A stretch of 37,377 bases of DNA from the NCBI GenBank assembly GCA_002633005.1, contig NMRA01000635.1, positions 46,321 to 83,697 of the forward strand, written 5' to 3'. Shown piece after piece: positions 1 through 11,714 of this stretch. The notes under the pieces are model-generated. The model was not told where the DNA came from and ran no database searches. It saw nothing but the letters and a program-made list of their open reading frames with translations. The translations under genes were made by a program, and so were the position numbers. This DNA is from Phoronis australis (Eukaryota; Animalia; Phoronida). Within the stretch, counting starts at the first letter, position 1. Each line of letters starts with the position of its first letter.

Positions 1-412
1 GTGTAGACGCCAGCGCGGTTCCTAAAGTTTGCGAACATGAGAAGAAAAGAAAGTGACAAAGTGTTCAAGTATTACATTTTGAAGTTAATCGATGACCCGT
101 TACAATAATTTGTTACTGGTATCATAATTCACATTGCTAAACCGCGGTCTCTGAGGCCGTCGTTGCACTCAATGTTATCATCGATCTTAATCTAAAAGGT
201 CGGGGATTCGCGTTTCCTATTAGCACAGGGCGGTAATCACCAATCGTCAAAAGTAGGGGATGGGCGCTTAACCGAGAGGTGGGCGCTTAATTGGAAATCT
301 TCAAAAATAGCAGGGGGGCGGTTAACCGAGCAGTGGGCGGTTAAATCGAAAATCCACCTAAAGTAGGGGTGGGTGGTTAACTGAGCATGGGCGTTAACCC
401 GAACGATTACGG
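1..412. mobile_element. Right end of a Tc1/mariner-pogo-type MITE
   Basis: Terminus ...GATTACGG|TA (412-414) preceded by about 7 GGGCG(C/G)TTAA subterminal repeats; the left end is outside the window. Confidence 0.6.
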
Positions 413-597
413 TAAACAAATAATTCTACTTCATAAATAATGTAGTTCATACTCTACAACTGTTGGCAATAGTTATTATTTATAACTACACTGCAGGATA
501 AAACAACTTCCATAATGTTTTGCGCACAATAACTGAGTTACAGTAGGCTGAAGGTAAATACACATGCCAGGTTTGTGTAATTATTCAGAGTTGAAGA

Positions 598-797
598 AAT
601 AAGTGCCTACCCTCGTCACTTGCTCCAAGGGGAATAAATGATAAATGAGTGCCTACCCTCATCACTTGCTCAAAGGAGGGGTTAATAAGTGCTTACCAGC
701 AACATTTACTCAAAGGGGGAGGGTAAATAAGTGCCTACCCCCAACACTTGCTCTAAGGGGGAATAAATGAGTGTCGAGCCTCATGACTTGCTCAAAA
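598..797. repeat. Degenerate ~40-bp tandem repeat, about 5 copies
   Basis: AATAAGTGCCTACCC..CACTTGCTC..AGGGG recurs. Confidence 0.85.
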
Positions 798-879
798 TCA
801 TGACAATATGAAGCAAATACTGTAGTAGGATTATCAAAAGCAAATTACTGACTACGAAACAGCAAGTAGACTAACTTAC

Positions 880-1037
880 AGGCAGTGGACAGCAAATCGC
901 TTAGAACTGGTAGTCTTTATCCATTGATTGACCTCCTCCATCACGGTAATAAGGTCATAAGGGTTCTTGGGTAAAGCAACACCTTTTGGCCAGCTTGTCA
1001 GCTGTATGTGGCACACTGTTTTAGTCTCATCACCTGA
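880..1037 (-). CDS. RPTP exon: D2 WP loop to VHC
   Basis: 158 nt, tttttcag / gtaagt; KTVCHIQLTSWPKGVALP...RFAVHCL; the next exon lies outside the window. Confidence 0.93.
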
Positions 1038-1752
1038 CTGAAAAATGGACTAAAAAATTCAGCAACTCAAAGTGCCTTACAGGGTCACATAAACTTGAAG
1101 TCAATAAGAAGATCTTTAGATAATGTAATATCATCTCTTTCATTGCTTGCTACATTTAACAATTCAACTGATTCATGGCAGACACACCATATTTAGTTCA
1201 ATCCACAAATAACTATGATAAACATTTTTCAAATTTTCTCCTCAATTCTCAAACAACGTCAATACTGGTCAAAATGTTGCATTTGTGACCCTTTTCCACT
1301 AGTTTCTCGCTCAGGGATAGCTTGATTAAACCCTATCCAAACAACTATGGAGCATATGTTGTCATAATACACACTGACATTGTGACACACTTCAGTCTCA
1401 AATTGTGATGGAAGACAGCACTTAAGCGTTGTTAATCAATAATTAAGCACAAACCCTGTGCATGATAATTTGATCACAAACCGTGGAAGTACTTCTGATT
1501 TTACCTTTGATGACTCCAATATCTTCCACCATGTTTTTTTTCACAAGTCATGAACATTGAGGGACAAAATTTTTCTCCGCTCACTGGTCGTCATCAGGAT
1601 GTATTAGACCAAATAAATGTGAGTCAACATCACTTCACAACTTCCTGTAAACGCAGCATCAGCCACAGGTATGAGTGTGTTTGGTCTTATGAACGCGAGT
1701 AAAAGCCATTTCACTTCAAAAGGGCAAGGAGTGTTACCAGTCAGTCATTTAC

Positions 1753-1875
1753 CTTCTTCACACGTTCCACTTTTATTTCTCGTTTCATATAGCAGTCACG
1801 CTTCACCTCAGAGACAACTTCTACGTTGAAGACACCAATTATTTCTTGCTTTGTGGGCCAGTATTGAACACATGT
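1753..1875 (-). CDS. RPTP exon: D2 CxQYWP
   Basis: 123 nt, tttcacag / gtaaat; TCVQYWPTKQEIIGVFNVEVV...KVERVKK. Confidence 0.94.
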
Positions 1876-2451
1876 CTGTGAAAACATAATTATAAATCAA
1901 AGGCTAATACAAATGTCCGTGGATTTCAAAAGTGATTTCATGAAAGTGGATGCTATGTTTAGATGTAAATAAGCCACATTCTGAGGTGTGAGTAATAAAA
2001 TGGCCACAGAAGAGTGACAGTTCATCAGCAGTATTATATGTTTGATGCGTAAAGTCCAAAAAAGTGTGACATGTCACACATTCAATTCCCAAAGGGCTTG
2101 TGACCACCAAACTTTTACTCAGTCATAGGAACCTCAAGACTGTGTACTTATAGCCAAATATCTCAAAAACTTGACTTGAACTCAGTAAAAGTATACATTT
2201 TCTGAATGTAGAAAGCTTCCAGAATTTTATTTTTCACTTTTTGCCAATCTGCCCTTAATTGGGTTAAGTAAAACTTGAGTTTCTTTGTCAGGTATTTTTC
2301 CAAATAATATGATAGTTTTTGTGATAAGTTTCAGGCTGTGAAAAAAGAACAGCCATTCGAGTTGAAAATATTAATTTATAAAGAAAGTTGTTTGCAATTA
2401 AAGTGCAGGACATTACAAAGACTATAAATCACATAATGAAGTAGAACTAGT

Positions 2452-2664
2452 ATAATTATGAGGTAATATACAGTACTGGGATTATACAGTGTTCAGGCAA
2501 CATGTAATTATAAGGTAATATCAGGAAGAGATAACCAGTGTTCAGGCAACATGTATTTATAAGGTAATATACAGTACTGAGATTATACAGTGTTCAGGCA
2601 ACATGTAATTATAAGGTTATATACAGTACTGTGATTAAACAGTGTTCAGGCAACATGTAATTAT
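2452..2664. repeat. ~50-bp tandem repeat, about 4 copies
   Basis: TAATTATAAGGTAATATACAGTACTG..ATTATACAGTGTTCAGGCAACATG. Confidence 0.9.
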
Positions 2665-2721
2665 TTCAATTATTTGCACCCAATGCATTAATAAACCACT
2701 AGATGGACAAACATGTTTTGA

Positions 2722-2787
2722 ATCTTTTAGTATGATATATCCAATAAATCTTTTAGTATGATATATCCAATAAATCTTTTAGTATGA
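2722..2787. repeat. Short tandem repeat, about 2.5 copies
   Basis: AATCTTTTAGTATGATATATCCAATA repeated. Confidence 0.85.
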
Positions 2788-2789
2788 CA

Positions 2790-3165
2790 TCGTATTCGCC
2801 CTAATAAGTGCCCAGCGCTTAGAAAAATTTGTTTCAGGAGGGGGGCGCTTATTGTAGCCCAAAGTGGTTGAAACCCGGTTTCCGAAACAGGTGAAATCGT
2901 GAGCTAGATTTCATCAAAAAACACACTCTGTGACTCATCTGTAACCTATGACAGAGTTTCTACAAAATTGCAGTGCATTGCTATCAAACTTTGTTGTAAA
3001 ATTACGAGCATTTTTCAGAAAATCCCAGTGTGAAAACTCGCTGACTGATGTGTCGCTTCCTCATGTTCGTCAATAGGTCAACTTGAATTTTTGAGCAAAA
3101 TATAATTTCGATTCAACAAATTACCTGAAGTCCTCCTTAAGTTTCCAAAATAGCATTCCTAAGAT
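2790..3165 (+). mobile_element. Tc1/mariner-type MITE left portion, copy 1
   Basis: Starts TCGTATTCGCCCTAATAAG; collinear over about 370 bp with 36642-37006. Confidence 0.7.
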
Positions 3166-3747
3166 TTTTAGTAATAAACACTAAGAAATCCAAGTTAGCT
3201 AGGTTTAAAGCTACGTTAGAGTGTGGAAAGTTTCACACATTAAATGAAGAATAATATTCATACCTCTGTCCTATTGTTTAAACATCTATTTATTTTCTCT
3301 ATTTTGTTCATTCTAAATAAATTTAAAGCACTCTGTATTCAGTTATGCTGAACAAGAAGACAGAAAACTGTCGTGCCATTAATGTGTGAATTTAGATATT
3401 AGCAAACATTTGAAAATGGTAACTTTTCTCCAAAGGATCTCCTAGAGCTTACAGTGAGCATGCTATCAATTTCACTTAATTTCTGAACCCCGGAGTTATT
3501 GATTTTTTTAACTTTTCAGAACATCCACTAATTTTAGATGGACAAATACATAATATTGTATTCATAGCTACCAGTACAGCAATATGTGAAACCCAATGAT
3601 GTAAAAACAACTAAAGGCTGAAAAATGCCTACTGAATGGGAAGCATTGTGGGTAATGTGAAGAGCAGACGGTTTCCAGAGTGGAGCAGTTGTGAAATCAA
3701 TATGAACTGTTTTAGGGAATTTTTAGGCTTGATTCAAACATAGTATA

Positions 3748-3822
3748 CTGCACCCATACAATAACACCAACACTCTACAGTGCACCATACAATAACAACA
3801 GCACTCTACAGTGCACCCTACA
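3748..3822. repeat. ~31-bp tandem repeat, about 2.5 copies
   Basis: TGCACCATACAATAACA..CACTCTACAG. Confidence 0.8.
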
Positions 3823-3853
3823 AGAATCTAAATGAACACGAAAGATGTCTTAC

Positions 3854-3973
3854 GCTATCATGTCTGTCCAGTTCATTCAGCATGACAATGACATCAACGT
3901 CATGATCGTAGACCATTCTCCAAAAGTCAACTATGTCGTCAGGATATGGCATCTGTGTCATTATAATGTTGTC
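3854..3973 (-). CDS. RPTP exon: D2 TQ / DFWRMV / IVMLN
   Basis: 120 nt, gtttttag / gtaaga; DNIIMTQMPYPDDIVDFWRMVYDHDVDVIVMLNELDRHDS. Confidence 0.95.
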
Positions 3974-4209
3974 CTAAAAACAAGACAAAATAAAGATGTC
4001 AGAAGGTCAACTATCAACATGACAGAAGGTTCATGATTAGCATATAGTGGTTATAATGTTTGTACAGTTTGTTGAGTGTAAGGAGCAATGACTGAATGTG
4101 AAGGAAGCATGTTCTACTGCACTGATGTATTTAGGATGTCCTGTATTACTGCAAGGTAAAAGAGACCTATAGCTGGGCTCCTCATCCTCTGAACCCCTTC
4201 CTGGAATGT

Positions 4210-4755
4210 GTGAGAATTCCATGGAGGGGGCGGATATCATGCAATCCACCAGGTGGCGCTACCATAGAATAGTCCAAAAATTAATGTCGGCTCCATTCTC
4301 CTCAATAAGTACACGGCAGCCATCGTTTAAGATGATTTTCAAGCAATTTGCAGGCAGGGAGGTACCCACCAAAAGCAGACACAAAAATACAGGATTTAAA
4401 AAGACTGAACCTTTTGAAACTGAATAAGTGGTGCCTTTTCCTTCATACTAGCTGTGTATGCCAAAGTTCATGAAGATCTAGCAAGCTTGGTAGAAATTGA
4501 GGCATACAGAAAGAAAGCCATAATTTCCGCAAGTACGTGACAGCAGTGAAACTCATCTAAAAATCAGCGCCAGCCATGTCCTTCTTAACTGGACCACAGA
4601 AAACAAATTTCATCAAGGTCTATCAAAGGACTGGCAGAAATAAAAAAACAGAATTGCCACTGGGGGATTCATCCGAGCTGCAACGTCGGCCACGCTACCC
4701 TCAATGTAAACAAATGTATCAAATTTTATCCCACAATCGAATGGCAGATACAACC
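4210..4755 (-). repeat. Diverged fragment of the HINE-like family
   Basis: CCACCAGGTGGCGCTA, GAATTGCCACTGGGGG and CAAATTT(C/T)AT blocks resembling 14550-15600. Confidence 0.5.
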
Positions 4756-4799
4756 GTGTAATAACCCATAAAGTTATCTCACTAGTGAGATAACATTGT

Positions 4800-4880
4800 G
4801 GCGGGAAACCGAGGCCGGATTCAAAACCCGGGCCTCAACAGTTGCGAGTCGCCGACTTTACCACTACACCACTCAGCGGC
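4800..4880 (-). repeat. tRNA-derived sequence (SINE-head-like or tRNA pseudogene)
   Basis: A-box-like TGGTGTAGTGG and B-box/T-arm-like CCGGGTTTTGAATCCGG; anticodon and acceptor stems pair poorly. Confidence 0.65.
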
Positions 4881-6947
4881 TGACGTCATCGAATGTGAAA
4901 ATAGAATACGTAAATGAGCACGCACAACAATCGCATGTTCAGCAAAGGGCATTGCACCCACAATTATAAGCTATGAAAAATAAGACGCATAATTTCCATA
5001 AAAACGATATTTTAATTCAGAGAAAATTCTCTCTCGTGTTCTCTCACCGATCTCCAATTTGAATGCAGGTGTCGTGTGGTCGGGATCCTTTGACTTGAGC
5101 ATTATAGTCAGTTACTATTGGTAACCTACTTTAGCAGACGATATATTCCCGGTCGAAGCTTAGCGTGATAAAATGTGTAGTAATCTATAAGAGTTGCTAA
5201 ACCTTCACTTTATTTCTATTTATTTTATTTTTCAATAATGGTTTTGAGTAAAAGCTTTATTTTACGAAAATATCTTTGCTTTTCTTAAAAGGTCATGACC
5301 TCCGACCCCGGACCTCTGACATAGAAAGTAGTTACAAAGCCGAGGCGAGTCGAGAAAGGTAGATCGATTCATTGCAATTTTTCTCGTTCAATGTGTGGTA
5401 TAAATAGATTACATCGTGGATTTTGTAGAATTATCACCCTCGGGGCTAACGCCCCGCGGGCGACAATTCTCCAAAATCCACTCGAGCTCTAGATAACGGG
5501 AGATAACGACTTCGCCATGTAATAATCTATATTTATCCTATACGTGTGATGGTATGGCCAAGAAATACCGGTCGTATTGTGAAGTTTTATATGGAAGAAC
5601 TACTTTTCCGTATTCAACGTGCATTGGAAAATCCATATTCAACGTGACTGAGTTGAATACGGATGCCTCTTTTCTTACCAAAATTCTCAACTGAGCACAC
5701 AATACACAACAATTGATAAAACATGATTCCATATATACATGTACCATCAATTTGGGTTTAGCTCACTTGCCAATACTATGATATGCATTTTCAAAACTAA
5801 ACAAAAAAGTGAACTAAAAATATTGTTAACGATTTTTCTTAATATAACTCAAAATTTTGCACCTGAGCAGAATACTTAAATCATAAAAAGTCTTGAACTT
5901 GCCACAATATATTTGGGATTAGGAATGCAATAAGCATTTACCAATTGAATGCATGCCACCTTTTGGTCAACCATTGCACTGCACCAGTTGAGGTTCTTTA
6001 CGGTCAAATATGAGTCAATTTTTAAATTCGTTCTCAAAACAATCAAAATACCTTGAGCCCAAAACCAAACTGCAACTGCAGTAAATAGTGTATTTTTGTC
6101 AATTTTATGATAAATTTCGGAATATCTTCAACCTAAAAATGATAAGAACCCCGCGCAAGGAGCATTTTAAGAAGCATCTGAACGCCGTGCATCATCCACA
6201 ACGTCTGTGTGTCCTGCAGAGAATTACACTTACTCAACGAAGTCAAGAAAAATCGTCAGAAACGTAAGCAAACTTTAACTTAGAAATAGGTTTAGATCAA
6301 TCTGTGAGGAAAATACTGAAAATAGCAGATATGCACCCCAAGCCTGTAGCTCAGTGCTGTAAAATACAAATTGACTGTGGTGTCATGCAGGCTGCAAAAA
6401 ATTTATTCATAAAAATGTTGCGTGCACATATATGTGTCACGCGATGTGCGATCATCATTGATAAAAGATGGCAAATGACACCTAGACAAGCGGAGCAATC
6501 TGTGCAAACCCGTTTCTTTTAAGAAACCCCAGCCAGTGGAGCATATAGGATAAATAGCGGGTTATACAATGTACGTGTTTTGTACCAGTGTGTTATTATA
6601 TCTCGATTCGTGAAGCCCTCGTTCAAATACTTTTGCATATCACGAATCGAGATATAGTAACCACTGGTACAAACACGTACGTTGTATAACCTATATTTAC
6701 AAAGACACACCAAGGAGTTTGGTAGATACTGAAGCAGATAAAATACAACACAGCTGCAAACTCTCTTGAAGATCCTGCAAGCAGATCACGAGACACAGCA
6801 GCGGATGCCTGGACACCAGCAGAGATGGCTGCAATATGAATCCACAAAATATTTATAATTATATGAAGTGCAAAAAAATTATAATTATATGAAGTGCAAA
6901 AAATAACAGAAGATACAAAACACAATAACAGTTCAAAAGATACTTAC

Positions 6948-7021
6948 TCCGACAAATGTAGCATTGATATAGTCCCCTCTGCCTTTCATTGGTGTCATCA
7001 GAATTGGCCGGTTAGAGTTAG
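6948..7021 (-). CDS. RPTP exon: D2 DYINA
   Basis: 74 nt, tttttcag / gtaagt; NSNRPILMTPMKGRGDYINATFVG. Confidence 0.94.
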
Positions 7022-7562
7022 CTGAAAAACAAAAAATCACACCTTAGAGCCTGTTTCTCTAACAGCCTGCTGGCTTTTGTCTTCTGGCCTTTGTCAAAAG
7101 TCAGAAATCCGGCTATGAATAGCCAAAAGGTAATTTTTCGTCTTTTGCAATTCTCAAAGCATTTTGTTTTCTGCCTGTTTGAGCAAACTACAGAATAATT
7201 CTTTCTCTTGACTCCAAATTGTCGACAGATTTTCTGATTTTCAGCTCTAAGAGTTATAACTAAGAGACTTAAGGCCAATACTCTTGGAGAAACATGCTTC
7301 AGGTCAGACGCCACTGCAACTACCACAGTCCAAGTTAAAAAAAATGTTTGACGAAATGCTCACTTCCAAATTTTCAAAAGCTTCACTTGCGCTGACGTCT
7401 GGTTATACACCCAACAAATATTGAAAGTATAGACCAACATCTAACTGTCAGTCTCCCGCGCTCTTTGTCTGCACGTCTGTCCATGAGTATGTGTGTGTCC
7501 GTGTGCTGTGACTGTGAGGATTACACTAGTGAACTTGTGACAATTACTTGAGATCTAACAAT

Positions 7563-9610
7563 GCATTCTAAGCATTGTGGCCATCCTTATTTGTAGCATT
7601 CTAAGCATTGTGGCCATCCTTATTTGTAGCATTCTAAGCATTGTGGCCATCCTTATTTGTAGCATTCTAAGCATTGTGGCCATCCTTATTTGTAGCATTC
7701 TAAGCATTGTGGCCATCCTTATTTGTAGCATTCTAAGCATTGTGGCCATCCTTATTTGTAGCATTCTAAGCATTGTGGCCATCCTTATTTGTAGCATTCT
7801 AAGCATTGTGGCCATCCTTATTTGTAGCATTCTAAGCATTGTGGCCATCCTTATTTGTAGCATTCTAAGCATTGTGGCCATCCTTATTTGTAGCATTCTA
7901 AGCATTGTGGCCATCCTTATTTGTAGCATTCTAAGCATTGTGGCCATCCTTATTTGTAGCATTCTAAGCATTGTGGCCATCCTTATTTGTAGCATTCTAA
8001 GCATTGTGGCCATCCTTATTTGTAGCATTCTAAGCATTGTGGCCATCCTTATTTGTAGCATTCTAAGCATTGTGGCCATCCTTATTTGTAGCATTCTAAG
8101 CATTGTGGCCATCCTTATTTGTAGCATTCTAAGCATTGTGGCCATCCTTATTTGTAGCATTCTAAGCATTGTGGCCATCCTTATTTGTAGCATTCTAAGC
8201 ATTGTGGCCATCCTTATTTGTAGCATTCTAAGCATTGTGGCCATCCTTATTTGTAGCATTCTAAGCATTGTGGCCATCCTTATTTGTAGCATTCTAAGCA
8301 TTGTGGCCATCCTTATTTGTAGCATTCTAAGCATTGTGGCCATCCTTATTTGTAGCATTCTAAGCATTGTGGCCATCCTTATTTGTAGCATTCTAAGCAT
8401 TGTGGCCATCCTTATTTGTAGCATTCTAAGCATTGTGGCCATCCTTATTTGTAGCATTCTAAGCATTGTGGCCATCCTTATTTGTAGCATTCTAAGCATT
8501 GTGGCCATCCTTATTTGTAGCATTCTAAGCATTGTGGCCATCCTTATTTGTAGCATTCTAAGCATTGTGGCCATCCTTATTTGTAGCATTCTAAGCATTG
8601 TGGCCATCCTTATTTGTAGCATTCTAAGCATTGTGGCCATCCTTATTTGTAGCATTCTAAGCATTGTGGCCATCCTTATTTGTAGCATTCTAAGCATTGT
8701 GGCCATCCTTATTTGTAGCATTCTAAGCATTGTGGCCATCCTTATTTGTAGCATTCTAAGCATTGTGGCCATCCTTATTTGTAGCATTCTAAGCATTGTG
8801 GCCATCCTTATTTGTAGCATTCTAAGCATTGTGGCCATCCTTATTTGTAGCATTCTAAGCATTGTGGCCATCCTTATTTGTAGCATTCTAAGCATTGTGG
8901 CCATCCTTATTTGTAGCATTCTAAGCATTGTGGCCATCCTTATTTGTAGCATTCTAAGCATTGTGGCCATCCTTATTTGTAGCATTCTAAGCATTGTGGC
9001 CATCCTTATTTGTAGCATTCTAAGCATTGTGGCCATCCTTATTTGTAGCATTCTAAGCATTGTGGCCATCCTTATTTGTAGCATTCTAAGCATTGTGGCC
9101 ATCCTTATTTGTAGCATTCTAAGCATTGTGGCCATCCTTATTTGTAGCATTCTAAGCATTGTGGCCATCCTTATTTGTAGCATTCTAAGCATTGTGGCCA
9201 TCCTTATTTGTAGCATTCTAAGCATTGTGGCCATCCTTATTTGTAGCATTCTAAGCATTGTGGCCATCCTTATTTGTAGCATTCTAAGCATTGTGGCCAT
9301 CCTTATTTGTAGCATTCTAAGCATTGTGGCCATCCTTATTTGTAGCATTCTAAGCATTGTGGCCATCCTTATTTGTAGCATTCTAAGCATTGTGGCCATC
9401 CTTATTTGTAGCATTCTAAGCATTGTGGCCATCCTTATTTGTAGCATTCTAAGCATTGTGGCCATCCTTATTTGTAGCATTCTAAGCATTGCAGCCATCC
9501 TTATTTGTAGCATTCTAAGCATTGCAGCCATCCTTATTTGTAGCATTCTAAGCATTGCAGCCATCCTTATTTGTAGCATTCTAAGCATTGCAGCCATCCT
9601 TATTTGTAGC
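7563..9610. repeat. 33-bp minisatellite, 62 copies
   Basis: Unit GCATTCTAAGCATTGTGGCCATCCTTATTTGTA; 58 identical units followed by 4 with TG>CA (GCAGCC). Confidence 0.99.
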
Positions 9611-9786
9611 CACGATTGCATAAAAATCATGGGCAGTCCCTTAAAAAAATGTTTGAAAAGTAGAGCAAGAGCTATTAGCTGAACGTGGACAACATAACTT
9701 TCAACTACTGCATGAATATGGCAATGATGAACCTCGTGTGCAAGCACAGTTGTTGACTTTCTGCATTCAAGGATAGGAACACTTAC

Positions 9787-9913
9787 TTGGATAAATAGAT
9801 TTGTCCCTATTCTTGTCAACGTTGTCGTCCATGAGACCAGCTATTATAATTGGGTCATCAGGATCATGGTGATCATCTTCAGAGAACTCCAGTGTGCGCA
9901 CTTTTTGAAGTAA
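9787..9913 (-). CDS. RPTP exon: D2 start
   Basis: 127 nt, cttgcag / gtaagt; LLQKVRTLEFSEDDHHDPDDPIIIAGLMDDNVDKNRDKSIYP. Confidence 0.9.
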
Positions 9914-10062
9914 CTGCAAGTATCCACAAAGTTTTCACAGTTGAACTGAATGTATACGTGCAACTCTTTGACTAAATCATGCTTTACAACCAATCAGCAT
10001 TCAATTTATCATGTAGAACAATATTTCATATTTTTATTTCCTGCTTTAAGTACTCACGACAA

Positions 10063-10200
10063 GGCCAAAAACACAATTGGTTCTGGTATATTGTTTTTCA
10101 AAAAACTAAGTTTGTGGTGCCATATTTTTTAGTTGCTCACTTTTTCAAATGAAAAATGCAACTGAGATGAGCAAAATGATGCATGATTTTTTACTCAACC
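10063..10200. mobile_element. Solitary terminal fragment related to the right end of 11715-13725
   Basis: GGCCAAAAACACAATTGGTTCTGG... aligns by eye with the reverse complement of about 13590-13725. Confidence 0.65.
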
Positions 10201-11036
10201 CTTACCAGTTTCAGGTTAACAGGGGTCTAGTAGCAGTTATACCATGACTCAAAAGGTCTTCTTTTTATTCTGATGGCAACAATAGTGTCATAATTCAGCA
10301 TGTTGCTAGACAGCAATCAAAATAACAGGTTTAGCCAACCAACCCTAATACTATTTGATGAATAGAATTTCAGAGCCAATTCTGCCTCGTCCCTTGATGA
10401 CCTGTTGGAAGGAGAGTTAGACTTATCTACAATGCAGGCGATAGATGACCATGAAACACTTCACCAAAATGATAGTTCAACTACTCATCTGTCACAAGGC
10501 AAATTTGGAGAAGTATACACTTGTAAGCCGTCACATGTTGAGATCAAGGTACACCTGTACCAAAATGCACTGAATGTTAAAATAGCTGCTCTCCATGATT
10601 TATCAACACTGCGTTTATGCGGCTGTCTTAGACATGTATGCTATTGTCCGTACAACGGTTACGTTACCATTTGAAAAAACAAATTATTCAGATGGAGATG
10701 AATCGCAAAAACTGTTTCGCATCATTTTTGAGCCACATCTTCGTTAACGTATGCATGATCGTCTACTAAAGTTTTTCAGTTATTGGGTCTTAGCTCTGTT
10801 AACCAATCATAAAATTGGCGTTACTCCCTGATGTAGAGAGTCAAGATACATAATGCCATAAAATGTAACAGTCAGTGCACAGTTTCACGAGATCTCGTCA
10901 TGCCTGTTTGCAATTTTGGAACACACAAAACAAGGCTGGGGCCGGTTCTCAAAAGTGTGATGACAGACTGATTTTTAAACTTGATGTGCCACAGAACTAA
11001 AGTTCATAACTAAACATGGTTTTCATAAAGATTTTT

Positions 11037-11106
11037 CAAGGGCGGCGCAGCACTGAAAAAAGTGGGGGCTACAGCCCCCCCAGCCCTCTATGGTGCGCCG
11101 CCCATG
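11037..11106. mobile_element. Tiny GC-rich MITE with TIRs CA(T/A)GGGCGGCGCA
   Basis: 13-bp inverted termini; a homolog lies at 24810. Confidence 0.7.
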
Positions 11107-11714
11107 TTGTTTCTCACAACATGACTGCAGATGACTCTTGTAGGATGCAACATGTCATCAGTTCGGATGCAACGGCAAGAACAACTTAAAATTAATTTCG
11201 TTTTGTTTCCATAATTGAAAGGATACCTTTGCCGTTTGAAAATAAACAAAGCATAGCACACCACTGTTGTAGAAAGTCCGTCCGGGCAGCACCTCGACTG
11301 GGTTGCTGCACTGAAGACAGTAAAAATTACCAATGGGGGGCACAAAGAAAAACGAAAGTCTTGGCAAAGTAAAATTATAACATAATTATACACAACACAC
11401 AGAAGCACAAGTGTAACCAGCACCACCACATTATGCACCACCATAATGGTGATCTCTTCAAAAATGTTCAGCTTTGCATATTACAGAATCCGAAGCAAGT
11501 TCGTAAAGCAAAGGGTGAAAATTCAAAAGTCGAAAATTACGTAATACTATAATTACAGATACTTCAAAAATGGAATATGGCAACCAAGGGCCTGTATTTA
11601 CTGCACGGTGAAACAATAACTAAGAGCATTGTATAACAAAACAAGAGGTCCAGAAGCATGGACCAAAATGATGCTCCTATGTTGAACATAGTCCCGCGTG
11701 TTGCCTTAAGCTAA

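Noticed and set aside
2064-2079. Perfect 16-bp palindrome GTGTGACATGTCACAC
   Set aside because: Isolated, with no supporting context; likely part of an old repeat.
4800-4880. Functional tRNA gene
   Set aside because: The anticodon and acceptor stems pair poorly and the T-loop has an extra base; it is better treated as a tRNA-derived repeat.
7563-9610. CRISPR-like array
   Set aside because: Units are head-to-tail with no unique spacers, there are no cas genes, and the context is a eukaryotic intron.
7577-9682. 701-aa hydrophobic plus-strand ORF (VAILICSILSI)n
   Set aside because: Same repeat artefact; GTG start and a composition implausible for a real protein.
7555-9819. 754-aa minus-strand ORF
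   Set aside because: It is a by-product of a 33-bp stop-free repeat inside an intron; there is no synonymous variation among units, and its start overlaps a real exon in another frame.
9950-10132. Plus-strand ORF containing EQYFIFLFPAL, resembling the PTP QYxF motif
   Set aside because: Wrong strand; the true QYHF exon is at 15819-15968.
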